Position numbers and translations under genes: made by a program. Shown here piece after piece: positions 50,688 to 62,089 of a DNA stretch of 64,000 nucleotides (position 1 is its first letter; each line of letters begins with the position of its first letter). Below the pieces are notes generated by a model. The model was not told where the DNA came from. It was given only the letters and a program-made list of their open reading frames with translations, and ran no database searches. Origin of the DNA: Pocillopora damicornis (Eukaryota); assembly GCF_003704095.1 (NCBI RefSeq), contig NW_020845073.1, positions 620,001 through 684,000 of the forward strand, written 5' to 3'.

Positions 50688-53600
50688 ATGGAGGAAAAAG
50701 CCTTGTCATTGGAAAACAGTGGCTCAATAACTCCCCATGTGAGTATTTCGTCAATCGATGGAAATGGTCAAAGTGATGTTGACCAAAACGAAACGCAGTG
50801 CCAAGAACATGATGAGCCAAATGGAGGAAATTCTCTCGAGGAGGATGAAGAAGAGGCTTTAAATGATAAGAATATAGTGATTTTTAATGGACCCAAGAGC
50901 GACGGAGTGGTTAACTATGGTTTTTTCGATCTCGAGGACGAAGATGAATTAGCTCCTAGCGAGGGCTCTCACAACTTACAACATGAAGAATTTGATGAAA
51001 TTGGAACTGGAGAAGGTGGAGTAACGGTAACAACAACCACTGCTACAACTTTTTCAAGGCGCGTTGATCGATCAGGAACGAAGATAGAAATTCCCGATAG
51101 TCTAAATGAAGAAGACGAAGAGCAGGAAGAACGAGAACAAGAACGAGAAAACAAAATGAAGGAATTGTCATCTGAGAGAAACGAGAAGCAAACGACTAAT
51201 AATCTTCTTCAAGAAAATTCAGCTGTTGTCGTTAAAAAGAAAACTATTACTTACCACACTGAATCAATAACAGTTAATGGTGTTACTTTGGAGAGCAGAA
51301 AGTTCATCGAAGATAATGTAAACGTAACAGAGAAAAATAACCCAGAACTACTTTCCATGAAGAGTAATTCTGAAGTAGTGGAGAGCGTCCAAGGAGGAAA
51401 TGAGAAAGATCCTATCGATGAAGATTCCATGATTATTTTGGAAAATAAACCCACGTTACCGCTTGTGGAAGCTGTTCTTGATGAGGGATTAATTAACGGG
51501 GTCCGACAGTTTACCTTGGAGAGTGCACCCGAAATCATCAAAGAGCTCCCTGGGTCACGTCAATTGTCGCAGGTATCGAATGAAAATGAGAGTAGTGAAC
51601 TTCGGGAACCATCAGAGGAAGTTTCCCTCGTAGCAAAGGAATCAGAACCACGATCATCCCATTACCACCCTCTGCTGGTAGAGAGAGTCGAAATAGTAGA
51701 AGGCGATGCACAGGTTGATGTGGATATTGTTCAAATAGATAAAGAATCGATTGTTATGGAGTCCCAAAAGGGTCAGGAAACCGAGACTGAAGCTGCGGAC
51801 ACGATGAGTGTTATAGAGGAAGAATCTCCTTCTGTTGTAGATAAGCGGCCGCCGTCTCTGCATTTGGAGGCTGTGTTTGACCACGAGGAGAAAGAAGGCA
51901 CTAGAGAGCAAAAGGTGGAGATATCTGCTGAGGAGGTAGAGAAGAAGCCTTCGTCGCTTAGCATGGAAGAAGTAAAGCAAATAATCAATGAAGATTCTCC
52001 TGAGGTCATTGAGAGGAGGCCTGTATCTATTCACATGGAACAGATGTTCAGTGAGGAAGACCGCACCGAAGTTCAAGAGCCGATAAAAGAAGCCTCTGAA
52101 GTCGCAGTAGAATCAGAGCCACGGTCGATCTATTACCATACGATGTTAGAAGAGAGTGTTGATAAAGTTGAAGAGGAGGATAACTTTCATGACAGTTTTT
52201 TGGAGATCAAAGGAGAATCAATAGACACGGAGCCTGAAAAAGACTTGGAAACGAATAATTATTCTGATTCCAGGGAGGTTATAGCGGAAGAATCGCCCTT
52301 CGTTGTGAATAAACGGCCTGTATCATTTCACATGGAAGCTGTATTTGAGAATGAGGAAAGCGATAAGGACCGGCAACCAATCGCGGAGGTTTCCCCCGAG
52401 GTTGTAGTAAAGAGGCCCGTGTCACTCCACGTGGAGCACTTGTTTGGTGAAGGTGAAAACACTGAGGTTCGAGAACCGATAAAAGAAGAGTCGACTGTCG
52501 CAGTGGAATCGAAGCCGCAATTGTTCGTTTATCACACGATGTTAGAAGAGAAGGTCGAAGAAAAAGATGATGAAAATTCTGTGGAAGCTGGGGATGTGCT
52601 AGTCGATATCAAATTCGAAAAAGGCGCCGGAAATGAGACTGCGGAAATGACAAAATCTTTAGACACAAAGGACGAAATATCAGAGGAACCACCCCATGTT
52701 GTAGAAAAACGACCTGTATCACTTCACATGGAAGCTACATTTGAGCTCGAGGAAAACGATGAGGTCAGGCAAACAGTGGAGGAGGCTTCTCCCGAGGTTG
52801 TAGAAAAGAGGCCCTCGTCACTTCACATGGAGCACTTATTTGATGAATATGAAAGCACTGAGGTTCGAGAACCAATTAAAGAAGCTTCGACTGTCGCAGT
52901 GGAATCAGAGCCACGATTTTTGTGTTATCATGCGATGTTAGAAGAGAAGGTTGAAGATCAAGTTGCGAATGAGGATGACGAAGATAATTCTGTAGACATC
53001 GGGAATGAACTAGTCGCAATTAAGTTCGAAAATACCAAAGGAAAAGAAACCGCGGAAGTGATAAAATCAATAGATACAGGGAACGAAATATCAGAGGAAC
53101 CACACCTTGTTATAGAAAAACAACCTGTACCTCCCTCCATGGAAGCTGCCTTTAAGCTCGAGGAAAACCATGAAGTGAAGCAAACAATAGAGGAAGCCTC
53201 CCCCGAAGTTGTAGAAAAAAGGCCTGTGTCACTTCATATGGAGCACTTGTTTGATGAAGGAGAAAGCACCGATGATCCAGAACCAATTGAAGAAGCTTCG
53301 ACTTTTGCAGTGGAATCAGAGCCACGATTGTTCTTTTATCACTCGATGCTCGAAGAGAGGGTTGAAGAAAAAGATGATGACCAGACCGTGAACGACGGTA
53401 ATGAATTGATTGATATCAAATACGAAAAAGGCGCCGGAAAAGAGACAGCAGAAATGACAAAGTCGAAGACAAAGGACGAGATAATAGAGGAATTACCCCT
53501 TGTTGTAGAAAAACGACCAGCATTAGTTCACATGGAAGCTGCATTGGTACTCGAGGAAAACGACGAGGTCAGGAAAACTGTAGAGGAGGCTTCTCCCGAC

Positions 53601-55952
53601 GTTGTGGAAAAAAGGCCCGTCTCACTTCACATGGAGCATTTGTTTGACGACGGCGAAGGCAATGAGGCCCCAGAACCAATAGAAGAAGCCTCCTCTGTTG
53701 CAGTAGAATCAGAGCCGCGATTGTTCTGTTATCATCCCATGTTAGAAGAGAAGGTTGAGGTTGAGATCAAGAGCAATGAAGACAAGTCTGAAGACATCGG
53801 GGATGAACTAGTCACAATCAAGCGAGAAAAAGACCAAAGAGAAGAGAATCAACCAACGACAAAAGCTTATGAAACAGGAGGCGTAATTTTGGAGGAATTA
53901 CCCCTTGTTGTACAGAAGCAGCCTGTATCCCTTAACTTGGAACCCACTTTTGATCACGGGGAAAACGATAAAGTTAGGCAAACAATAGAAGAGGCTTCTC
54001 CCGAGGTTGTGGAAAAGAGGCCTGTGTCACTTCACATGGAGCACTTGTATGGCGAAGGAGAAAGCAACGACATTCGGGAACCAGTAGAAGAAGCATCCAC
54101 CACTGTAGTAGAGTCGGAGCCTCGGTCGCTCTCGTTCCATCCTATTTTAGAAGAGGCTGAAGAACCGGTAAAGCGAAAAAATGGTGATGTTATTTCACCC
54201 GAACTACCTGGGGAACCTAAAAAAGACGAAGAAATGGACATTAAAGATCTGGAATCAATACAAGAAACTCATGTCGTAGCAGTGGAAACAGCACCGCAGT
54301 CATTTGATTATCATCCAATGCTAGAGGTGAAGGAGGAAATACAAGAGGAGGATAAGGCCTTTGATGAAAATTCTCTGAAACTTGCTTGCAGATCTGAAGA
54401 AGGCGAAGAAAGACACGCCGGACAATCAACAGAAATAGAGGAGGCTATAGCAGAAGAATCTCCCCTCGTTATAGAAAAAAGACCTGTTTCACCTGACATG
54501 GAGGTGGTGTTCGACGGTAGGGACGACGAAGGAAAGAAACCAGTGGAAGACGCCTTACAAATTCTGACAAAAGAAAAGGCAACAGAACAAAAAGAACCAG
54601 TCACAGAAGCGCAGCTTGTAGTGGTAGAGAGGAAAACTGCTTCAACTCAGCCAAAGGTGCTGCTCGATCATGAAACTCCTGGTGATGAGTTCGCAGACGT
54701 GGCAGAGGAAGACAACGAAGCCACGGTGGAGTCCTTGCTCAGTAATATTGAATCGATAATCGAAAAGCCATCTTCAGGACAATCATACAGTAAAGAAGTG
54801 GAATTAGCACCAACGAGCGACAAAGAACCCGTCGAGGAAGAGGCAGTTTTCAAGATTGAGAAGAGGGGAGCTTCACTCAACATGGGGTCGCCCCTTGATC
54901 CTGAAATCTTTGGAGAACAATTCCAAGAAACGTATCCTGATACACAAGAAAAGCAATACATTGTCGACGAAGTTGTTACAGTTATAGTTCAAAAGAAACC
55001 CGTTTCTCATGCTTTTTATGACGAGCAGGAAGGTGACACCCAAGAAACAGAATCCTTTTCTAAGGACGAGCCTCCGTCGGTTGTTGTGTTAGACATACCT
55101 CAAGTAGAGAAAAGGAAGGAAGGCGAGGACTCCGTAAAAGAAACAGCTGCCCCTGTTGTACGGAAAAATGAAGTTGAGTTTTATCCTGATCTTTTAGTGC
55201 TAGAGGGAGAGGAAGAACAAAAACAAAAGGAATTTGACGTGGCACACAGCAAGCAAGCAGTAAACAAAAATTGGCAAGACACTAAGCCGACCGAATTCAT
55301 CACGACCACAACATCGGTTGTAACGTCAATAGAAAGTACTGATGAACAATCTGCAAACGACAGTGAAACCATTGTAACCAAAACGGTTTACGAGAAAAAG
55401 ACTTTCGAGGTAGCCAGCAGTTCAACTAATTCTCTTCCTGACACGGTCACAACAGAAGAAATGCTCTCATCAACTTCTTATACTAAGCAGTTTCATGAGG
55501 GGAACATGGATGGCGAGGTGGAACTAATCCGTTACGTGCTTCGGAAGAGGCTCTCAGCTCCCGAAATATTACCCGAGAAAGAAAGCGAAGGTTCTGCACC
55601 TTTGGCTGCATCGGAGGATCGTGGAATTCTTGAGTCTCAGGAGCAGTTTAACGTGATGGAAAGTCCTCGGAAAGTTAAGGAGTCTTCGCTGCCAAACAGA
55701 ACACAGGGCGAAGACGAATCTGAGATGGAACCTTATACAGATATTCCCTATGAAGAGAAGCTTATTCCGGATTCTCTGGGAGAGGCACAACCTCAAGTTG
55801 CCGATTCGGTGGAGAAGGAAGAAGGTGCTGATGAAACATTACCTGTGCTAATGCTGTTAACGCCTGAGACGGCAGGAGAAGAAAAGAAAAGTACAAAAGC
55901 GAAGAAAGGTGGGCTTTCATCGCCACAATGCAAGTGTTGCTCAGTGATGTAG
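50688..55952 (+). CDS. 1754-aa Glu-rich repetitive protein with a C-terminal polybasic + CKCCSVM (palmitoylation/CaaX prenylation) anchor
   Basis: Uninterrupted 5265-nt ORF with an in-frame TAG upstream of the ATG; ~7 super-repeats of ~131-157 aa; ends KKSTKAKKGGLSSPQCKCCSVM*. Confidence 0.9.
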   Translation: MEEKALSLENSGSITPHVSISSIDGNGQSDVDQNETQCQEHDEPNGGNSLEEDEEEALNDKNIVIFNGPKSDGVVNYGFFDLEDEDELAPSEGSHNLQHEEFDEIGTGEGGVTVTTTTATTFSRRVDRSGTKIEIPDSLNEEDEEQEEREQERENKMKELSSERNEKQTTNNLLQENSAVVVKKKTITYHTESITVNGVTLESRKFIEDNVNVTEKNNPELLSMKSNSEVVESVQGGNEKDPIDEDSMIILENKPTLPLVEAVLDEGLINGVRQFTLESAPEIIKELPGSRQLSQVSNENESSELREPSEEVSLVAKESEPRSSHYHPLLVERVEIVEGDAQVDVDIVQIDKESIVMESQKGQETETEAADTMSVIEEESPSVVDKRPPSLHLEAVFDHEEKEGTREQKVEISAEEVEKKPSSLSMEEVKQIINEDSPEVIERRPVSIHMEQMFSEEDRTEVQEPIKEASEVAVESEPRSIYYHTMLEESVDKVEEEDNFHDSFLEIKGESIDTEPEKDLETNNYSDSREVIAEESPFVVNKRPVSFHMEAVFENEESDKDRQPIAEVSPEVVVKRPVSLHVEHLFGEGENTEVREPIKEESTVAVESKPQLFVYHTMLEEKVEEKDDENSVEAGDVLVDIKFEKGAGNETAEMTKSLDTKDEISEEPPHVVEKRPVSLHMEATFELEENDEVRQTVEEASPEVVEKRPSSLHMEHLFDEYESTEVREPIKEASTVAVESEPRFLCYHAMLEEKVEDQVANEDDEDNSVDIGNELVAIKFENTKGKETAEVIKSIDTGNEISEEPHLVIEKQPVPPSMEAAFKLEENHEVKQTIEEASPEVVEKRPVSLHMEHLFDEGESTDDPEPIEEASTFAVESEPRLFFYHSMLEERVEEKDDDQTVNDGNELIDIKYEKGAGKETAEMTKSKTKDEIIEELPLVVEKRPALVHMEAALVLEENDEVRKTVEEASPDVVEKRPVSLHMEHLFDDGEGNEAPEPIEEASSVAVESEPRLFCYHPMLEEKVEVEIKSNEDKSEDIGDELVTIKREKDQREENQPTTKAYETGGVILEELPLVVQKQPVSLNLEPTFDHGENDKVRQTIEEASPEVVEKRPVSLHMEHLYGEGESNDIREPVEEASTTVVESEPRSLSFHPILEEAEEPVKRKNGDVISPELPGEPKKDEEMDIKDLESIQETHVVAVETAPQSFDYHPMLEVKEEIQEEDKAFDENSLKLACRSEEGEERHAGQSTEIEEAIAEESPLVIEKRPVSPDMEVVFDGRDDEGKKPVEDALQILTKEKATEQKEPVTEAQLVVVERKTASTQPKVLLDHETPGDEFADVAEEDNEATVESLLSNIESIIEKPSSGQSYSKEVELAPTSDKEPVEEEAVFKIEKRGASLNMGSPLDPEIFGEQFQETYPDTQEKQYIVDEVVTVIVQKKPVSHAFYDEQEGDTQETESFSKDEPPSVVVLDIPQVEKRKEGEDSVKETAAPVVRKNEVEFYPDLLVLEGEEEQKQKEFDVAHSKQAVNKNWQDTKPTEFITTTTSVVTSIESTDEQSANDSETIVTKTVYEKKTFEVASSSTNSLPDTVTTEEMLSSTSYTKQFHEGNMDGEVELIRYVLRKRLSAPEILPEKESEGSAPLAASEDRGILESQEQFNVMESPRKVKESSLPNRTQGEDESEMEPYTDIPYEEKLIPDSLGEAQPQVADSVEKEEGADETLPVLMLLTPETAGEEKKSTKAKKGGLSSPQCKCCSVM
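51430..54520 (+). repeat. Coding tandem super-repeat array (~400-nt period)
   Basis: The ESEPR-type module starts at 51639, 52110, 52506, 52902, 53313, 53706, 54111 (periods 471, 396, 396, 411, 393, 405 nt), with an eighth, degenerate copy at ~54285. Confidence 0.9.
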
Positions 55953-57464
55953 ATTTGACGAACGATAGATGCAGCTAATAGCAAAAGCCTCTTGTAACTT
56001 AAAGAGCTTATCAAAGCCTACGTCAAGGAATGCTAACTGTGTGAAAAATGCGTCTTTAGTTAGATGCATGTCATTGATAAAAGAACACGGTCGTATTAAC
56101 TACCCTTAGCGAGTAGTGAAAATAATGAATTTATACTTTTATCAGCTAGTTTGGTGCTGTGACGCACAATTGACGCTTTGTCTTCTTTATGTGTTTGGCA
56201 TAGTTCCGTTCTTGAACTAGAAATGTACTAAGTGCTTTATACGATATTCTTTAGACTGTAGAGGAGACATGCACAGTTATAAAACAACAAATATCGTTGT
56301 TTTAGATTCGTATATCAAGGCGACTGAGTCGAGACACCTCAACCAAATTCGATGTATTTTTTTCCTTTCTTCTCTAATTCATTTCCGGTTAACCAAGGTT
56401 CAATAGCGACTTTGCAGCCTCTATCGTTTAAGATTTAAGACGGAAAACAGCGGCTTTGAAAATATTTGGTGCGCTGAACTCGGAAATTTCTCTTGCGTTC
56501 CTTATTTTCTCCTTATAGGGGCGAGGAAACGTCACGTTTCTCTGCCAAAAGACTTCAGTCTTGAGGTTGCTTTTTTTTCATAGTTTCTTTAAACGAGCGG
56601 TATTTTTTTTAACCTGTTTTGCCCTTGGAAGAAGAATTAGTTTTATTTGTTCCTAGACGTGTAAACGGGTGAGCTTTTATTACTTGCAAGTGAACTCTAA
56701 GAATAAGAGAATAAGATTGGTTTTTTTATTAAATAAAGATTTCTCAATTAAGCACACTTCTATCTTTTTCCTTCCAACACAAACTTGAAGAGCCTGACAA
56801 AGAAAAACCGAAGGCTCATGTAACCAATGAGCTAAAGAACAAACAAATGAAGGGTTATTGTCAAAATGCAAAGCAAGTACAAACCTATATCGAAATATGT
56901 CATCATTGTCGTTGTGCAGGTAAACTGAGAAAGTTTATGGAACTTCTTTCAAAGATGTAAATGATTGTCTGACTTTGGAAATTAATCTCTTTTTTAACTT
57001 TTTAAGCTTTACTTCTTGTTTTCACCAGCTCCCTCTGTGCCTCGATCTTGCGCAGCTGTATTTAAAGCCTATAAGATGAGTGTGGAATCTAACTGTTGAT
57101 GGAATGACTGAGACATAACGCACATACTTATAAAAAAAAATAGCCTCCATTTGGCACGAAAATATGCTTTGATATTTGTCCGCAGACACTACCGGTTCCA
57201 AGATGCCAACGATTTTCCGAGTGTGAAGCTGATGGCTGACGGCGTGTGCGTTGTAAGAAAAGGAGTGGTACAAAAAACACGTTTTAACTTCTAAATGGTA
57301 GAACAGTTCCCTTCACACCTTTCTTATCTCGACAGATCACAACAACGAGGTCCTCACGGAGGACATAACCATTGCAATGGGCAGACGAGCTCACAACTCT
57401 TCGTTAATGACATTCTTACTGAGCTTAAATGTTTGGATAATTCCATTCCATTATTTTGCTGCAC

Positions 57465-57745
57465 CCTTATTCCATGACATAATTGGCTAAAGGCACAATA
57501 CCCTGACACTCTGATTGGTGCAAGCATACCCCAATACCCTGATCTGATTGGAGCGAAATGCATGTCAAAGATACCCTATCGCTGTGATCCGTTTGATGAG
57601 AGATACATACGCTATTGCTGTGATCTGATCGGTGCGAGATACCTGCCCTGATGCTGTGATCTGACTAGTGCGAGATACCTACCCGTAATGCTGTGATCTG
57701 GTTGGTTCGAAATACATACCCTAATGCTGTGATCTGGTTAGCGCA
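57465..57745. repeat. 36-bp minisatellite, ~7-8 degenerate units
   Basis: gctgtgatc recurs at 57581, 57617, 57653, 57690, 57726; consensus ~ccctaatgctgtgatctgattggtgcgagatacata. Confidence 0.85.
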
Positions 57746-58080
57746 CGACCTAGCAGTTTCGCAAGTTTGCTATGATCAAAGCACATTTAATTGAACGAAA
57801 ATTTGGCACTTTGTTTGAAATATAGCTTCTTCGAATCGTTTCCAGAGTACGAGTGATTTAGAATGTAAAGTTAAGATTTAGTAATGATCGATTGAACGTC
57901 GTATTTTGCGAAAACAAAGAAAGTCATATTTCTACGAGAAACCATACAGATGACTGTCATTAAGTAGATAACATTGAATAAAAAAATATGTTTGTCTCCG
58001 AGGAGCATTGAAAAAGAGTTTGCACTTAAAAAAACAGATAAATTCGCGATAGAGAGAAAACTGTAAAACAAAAGTTTTGT

Positions 58081-58210
58081 AAGGGGGTCTAAATCAGTGA
58101 CAGGGGTCCATAACCACCCAGGGATTTCGGGGGTCCATATCCGACAGGGAGTTTGAGCCGAGGGGTTTATGTACGCGGGGGGATTTGGACCGGAGTATTA
58201 ATTCCGCACA
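58081..58210. repeat. Degenerate ggggtcca(t/a)atccg tandem units, probably a DNA-transposon subterminal remnant (related fragments at ~49960-50383)
   Basis: Repeated gggggtcta/ggggtccata/gggatttggacc motifs. Confidence 0.4.
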
Positions 58211-60091
58211 ACCTCATACTTCATGATGAATTCAGTTCTTGGATAAAGAAAACAATGCCGAAAACAATCAATTAGCTTTGGGATGGGGTGCTACTTACAT
58301 CTTTCCCTGGCAAAGAAACGAATAAATTATATTTGCAAAAGTTCACCTTTAACTTCCAAGATGGTGGAAGGTGATCACGATTTCCTTGAAGTGGCACGTT
58401 CATTTCGTTTCGTCGCAAGTATTAACACTCTTTTCCGACAAATTAGTGGCAAATGCAGCAATATATACTTTGTCCACCGCTTCCTGGGGAATGTGTAGTT
58501 CTTTAAAACACCGTTATGGCAAACCTTATGACATAGAAATGCAAGAAACCGGATGTTTTTCGTAACGTAGTAGTGCCCAGGTCATGCTTTAGTTCAACAA
58601 AAGTCCACCATTTGATTATCAGGTAAAAATTCTCGAGGCGACCAGTGGTGGTATATAATGAAGGTATCAAGGTTATGTCCCTATTTCATTATGATTTCCA
58701 GTGAATTTTAGAGGGGTCGAGAAGGGAAGTCAGTATGGACATTTGGAGTTTGTGTTTTGTCAAAGCCTTTTTGTCATTACCCTGATGACAACAATGGAAA
58801 GATATTAACCGCTGGCCGTAAATTGCCAAAATTTAACCGTATGATCCTCCTATAATGGTAGCATGCACCAAATGGAAACCAAGTATGGAAAAGCATTTTT
58901 ACTTGAAAAGGCGCAAAACAAATGGACAGTGGCGAAAAACTTCTCAACCATGACAGGCCATAATTATTGCACTAAAGCCATCCGATTCTCTCTCGTTTAT
59001 TCATAAGAAAAAGAGAGCAAGGAACATCGTCAAATTTGGGCTCCATCTTCAAATTGAGAGGTGTTGTCCACTCTCTCATGACCGTGAGACAAAGAAGAAT
59101 CTGGGCCCTCTGTCGAACCCGGACGATAACACCCTTTAATTAATTCAAAATTGAAGAGATTCAAATCGAATATTGCGAGGGGGGAGGGGGTTGAGAAAAG
59201 GTCCACTGAGACTCTAAGGGCCCGAGAGTTGTAATGAGAAGATTGCTCCCTCACCTATTCTGTACCATCCCCTTTCCTAACGCAGAGCAAAAGTTAACAA
59301 CTTTTTACAACATTTTAATATATTTACACTTAATGTCAAAGCACGAATGCTTAGAAAATACATTCATTTATTTATAGAAGGTAAGCATACCTTCTCTACA
59401 ATAAAATTCAATATCATCTCAATTGCATGCAAAAATTTCAATGAAAAAAATAAATGTCTTATATCGTCACACTTCTTTCACTTTGCAAATATGTTGCTTT
59501 GATAGTTCTCCTGCTAAACTTTAAACACTGCAGAGAAGGATCGAAACGATATTAGGTGATCCGTGTGCTGAGAGTTTCCGCATGGTGAGGTCAACTTTAG
59601 CGGTAATACTGACGCGGTCGAAGTGTTGATCTCTCCTTGTTTCAAAACGTTCCACCATCCTGGAGTCATTCACCCTGTAATGAGAGGAAAGAAACACTTT
59701 CATTAAATTTAATTTCACTAAATTACCCATTGATAGATGGCAGGGGAAAGGTTAGCGAAAGTTTAGAAATACCTCAAAAGTAAGGCGTTGTAATTATCCC
59801 GTTATTATGGCGTTTGTGTTAGGGTGCCTCAGGATCCCATACCCATATTTTGAAAGTTTATACATTCACCAAATTTTTAAGTTTGCTCGTTTCTACTTAA
59901 CTTGGTGGTAGAACCGCCAAGGAATATCCTCGAGACAAAAATTGTTGGGCCAAAAGCGTCTCTATCTTGTTACCACCAACCCCCTTTCAACATTCAGACT
60001 TCTTCATGCGCTCAACTTTTTGAGTTAACAGCGATAAAAATTGAAGTAAAAGGTAGATTCTGAAACAGTTGTAGCTTTACCTAAAACTATG

Positions 60092-62089
60092 TTATAATAT
60101 ACTGGCAAAAAGGAATATAACTGACCATATATTCATAGTGTCTCCTTGACTACTGGCTGCCACATCACTTTCATCATCCAAAAACATTATCTGATGTAAA
60201 GCAGCTTTTTCTCTCCTGGTCACCATCTGATTCTCTTGATGTCCAATTCTCACGTAGAGCTCTTTCTCTGGATAAGAACCACACTCTTTTTGCTTCTTCA
60301 GTTCTCCTTTTTCTTTTAGTTCAGTCAATTGGTCATCCTTTTCGCAAGCCATTAATAGTATGGCAGTCAAAGTGCAGTTCTCTCTTCTTAACCTTGTTAT
60401 ATGATCTTCAAATGTTCTTGTGATCCTTGAGTTTTCAAATTTTAACTCATACAACTGGTTTTCTTCGTCTGATGCCTTTGATAGTGCCGAGGATAGTTTG
60501 GATTTTTCTTTTTTTAACTTTTCAATTTCATCTTTGAGATCCATTGAAGTCTTTGAGGTGTCACATTTTATCTCATGGTACTGGTTCTCTAACAAAACTG
60601 CTTGCTCTTCATTCAACACCAGGGATCCATTAGGTAACTCTACTTTCTCGCGTGAACGTCCGCATCCACCGCGACTATGTTCCATCATATATTCCCTGTT
60701 CATTTCCTGTATCGTTATCTTCAGCTCATCAACCTCAAACATCAGATCTTCGTTTCTTTCTTGACTGTTTTTTAAACATTCCTCCAGATAATCAACATCA
60801 TCAAAGAACTCTTCTCTTTCTGCTTTCAGCACGTCCACTTGGTAATCTAACAGAACCATTCGCTGTTCATTGAACTCTAAGGATCCATTTAGTAACTCTA
60901 CTTCCTCGCGTAGATGCCCGCATCCACCGCGACCGTGTTCCATCATGTACTCCCTTTTCATTTCCTGTATCGATATCTTCAGCTCATCAACCTCAAACAC
61001 CAGATCTTCATTTCTTTCTTGACTGTTTTTCAAACATTCCTCCAAGTAATCAACATCATCCAAGAACTCTTCTCTTTCGGCTTTAAACGCTTCCACTTGA
61101 CTCTCTAACAGAGCTATTCGCTGTTCATTAAACTCCTGGGATCCATTTAGTAGCTCTACTTCCTCGCGTAGATGTCCGCGTCCATCGCGACCGTGTTCCA
61201 TCCCTTCCTCCCTGTTCATTTCCTGTATCGTTATCTTCAGCTCATCAACCTCAAACATCAGATCTTCATTCCTTTCTTGACTGTTCTTTAAGCTTTCCTC
61301 CAAGTAATCAATATCATCCAATAGCTCTCTTCTTTCCACCATAACCTTTTCCACGAATGCATTTCCTTCTTCCCATTTTCGCTCCTTTCTCTTGAAATCA
61401 CGTTTTAAATTTGCCAGCTCTCTTTCTTTGTATTCTTCCTTAAGCTGCATTCGCTTTATCTCAACTTGGCTCTCTTCCAGGTCAGCCTGCAAAGTTTTTA
61501 TCATCTTTCGGTACGTTTCAAGTTTCTCAGTTGTGACGCGTGGTTCTTTCTCATCTTTGCAGACCTGTTTATTTAAGCAAAAGAGGCGTTGTTTTTGTTG
61601 CAGCTGTTGAATTTGTGGATGATAGTTAGTCATCCTTTTGTAACTATGATAGTTAAAACTGGAAGAAATGAAGTCATGATATAAATGAGTGATAACCGCA
61701 ATTAGGATACGTGATTCCGTTCACGACTTAGTCGCTTTTCTTCTAAGACACGTGAAAACCGATTTCGGAATCACATAAAAATGGCAAACGACAGCCAAAC
61801 ACGACATTAAGTCTCAGGTCCTCCAGGAGAGACAGTTGTCATTGTGAGATACTTTACTAACGACATTTGTTTATAAAACATTTGTCTCGCAATCTGGCCT
61901 CAAGTGATAGATGTTATGCAAATTTACCTGTTTTAGCTGCGCTTTGTTATCAGACTCGTTCTCTGACAAAGATCTTCTCTTATTCTCTCTGCTCAGGCGA
62001 GTCATTCTGACTGGTATTCTTGATTTCTGATGCAGAGAAGGAGTATGATTTTGGTTTCTTTTCTTTACGGGGTGAAGCGACGAAGCCAT
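60092..62089 (-). CDS. Coiled-coil protein (~544 aa) with an N-terminal SxIP motif, three 86-aa tandem repeats and a short hydrophobic C-terminus
   Basis: Exon 1 62089-61928 (MASSLHPVKK...KSRIPVR...AQLKQ|GTAAAT) splices in phase 0 to the acceptor at 61565 (ttgcttaaataaacAG|VCKDEKEP), joining the 513-aa ORF; 258-nt repeat period (60721, 60979, 61237). Confidence 0.75.

Noticed and set aside
50632-56014. Numerous minus-strand Ser/Phe-rich ORFs
   Set aside because: They are antisense shadows of the GAA-rich 1754-aa ORF. The same applies to antisense ORFs over 14722-15078, 21324-21653 and 60420-61610.
57465-57745. 36-bp periodic repeat as a CRISPR array
   Set aside because: The units are contiguous with no unique spacers, there are no cas genes, and the context is eukaryotic.
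31223-62089. Treating the four adjacent membrane-associated genes as one functional system
   Set aside because: Adjacency in an animal genome is weak evidence, the orientations differ and an assembly gap intervenes; it would need conserved synteny and co-expression.
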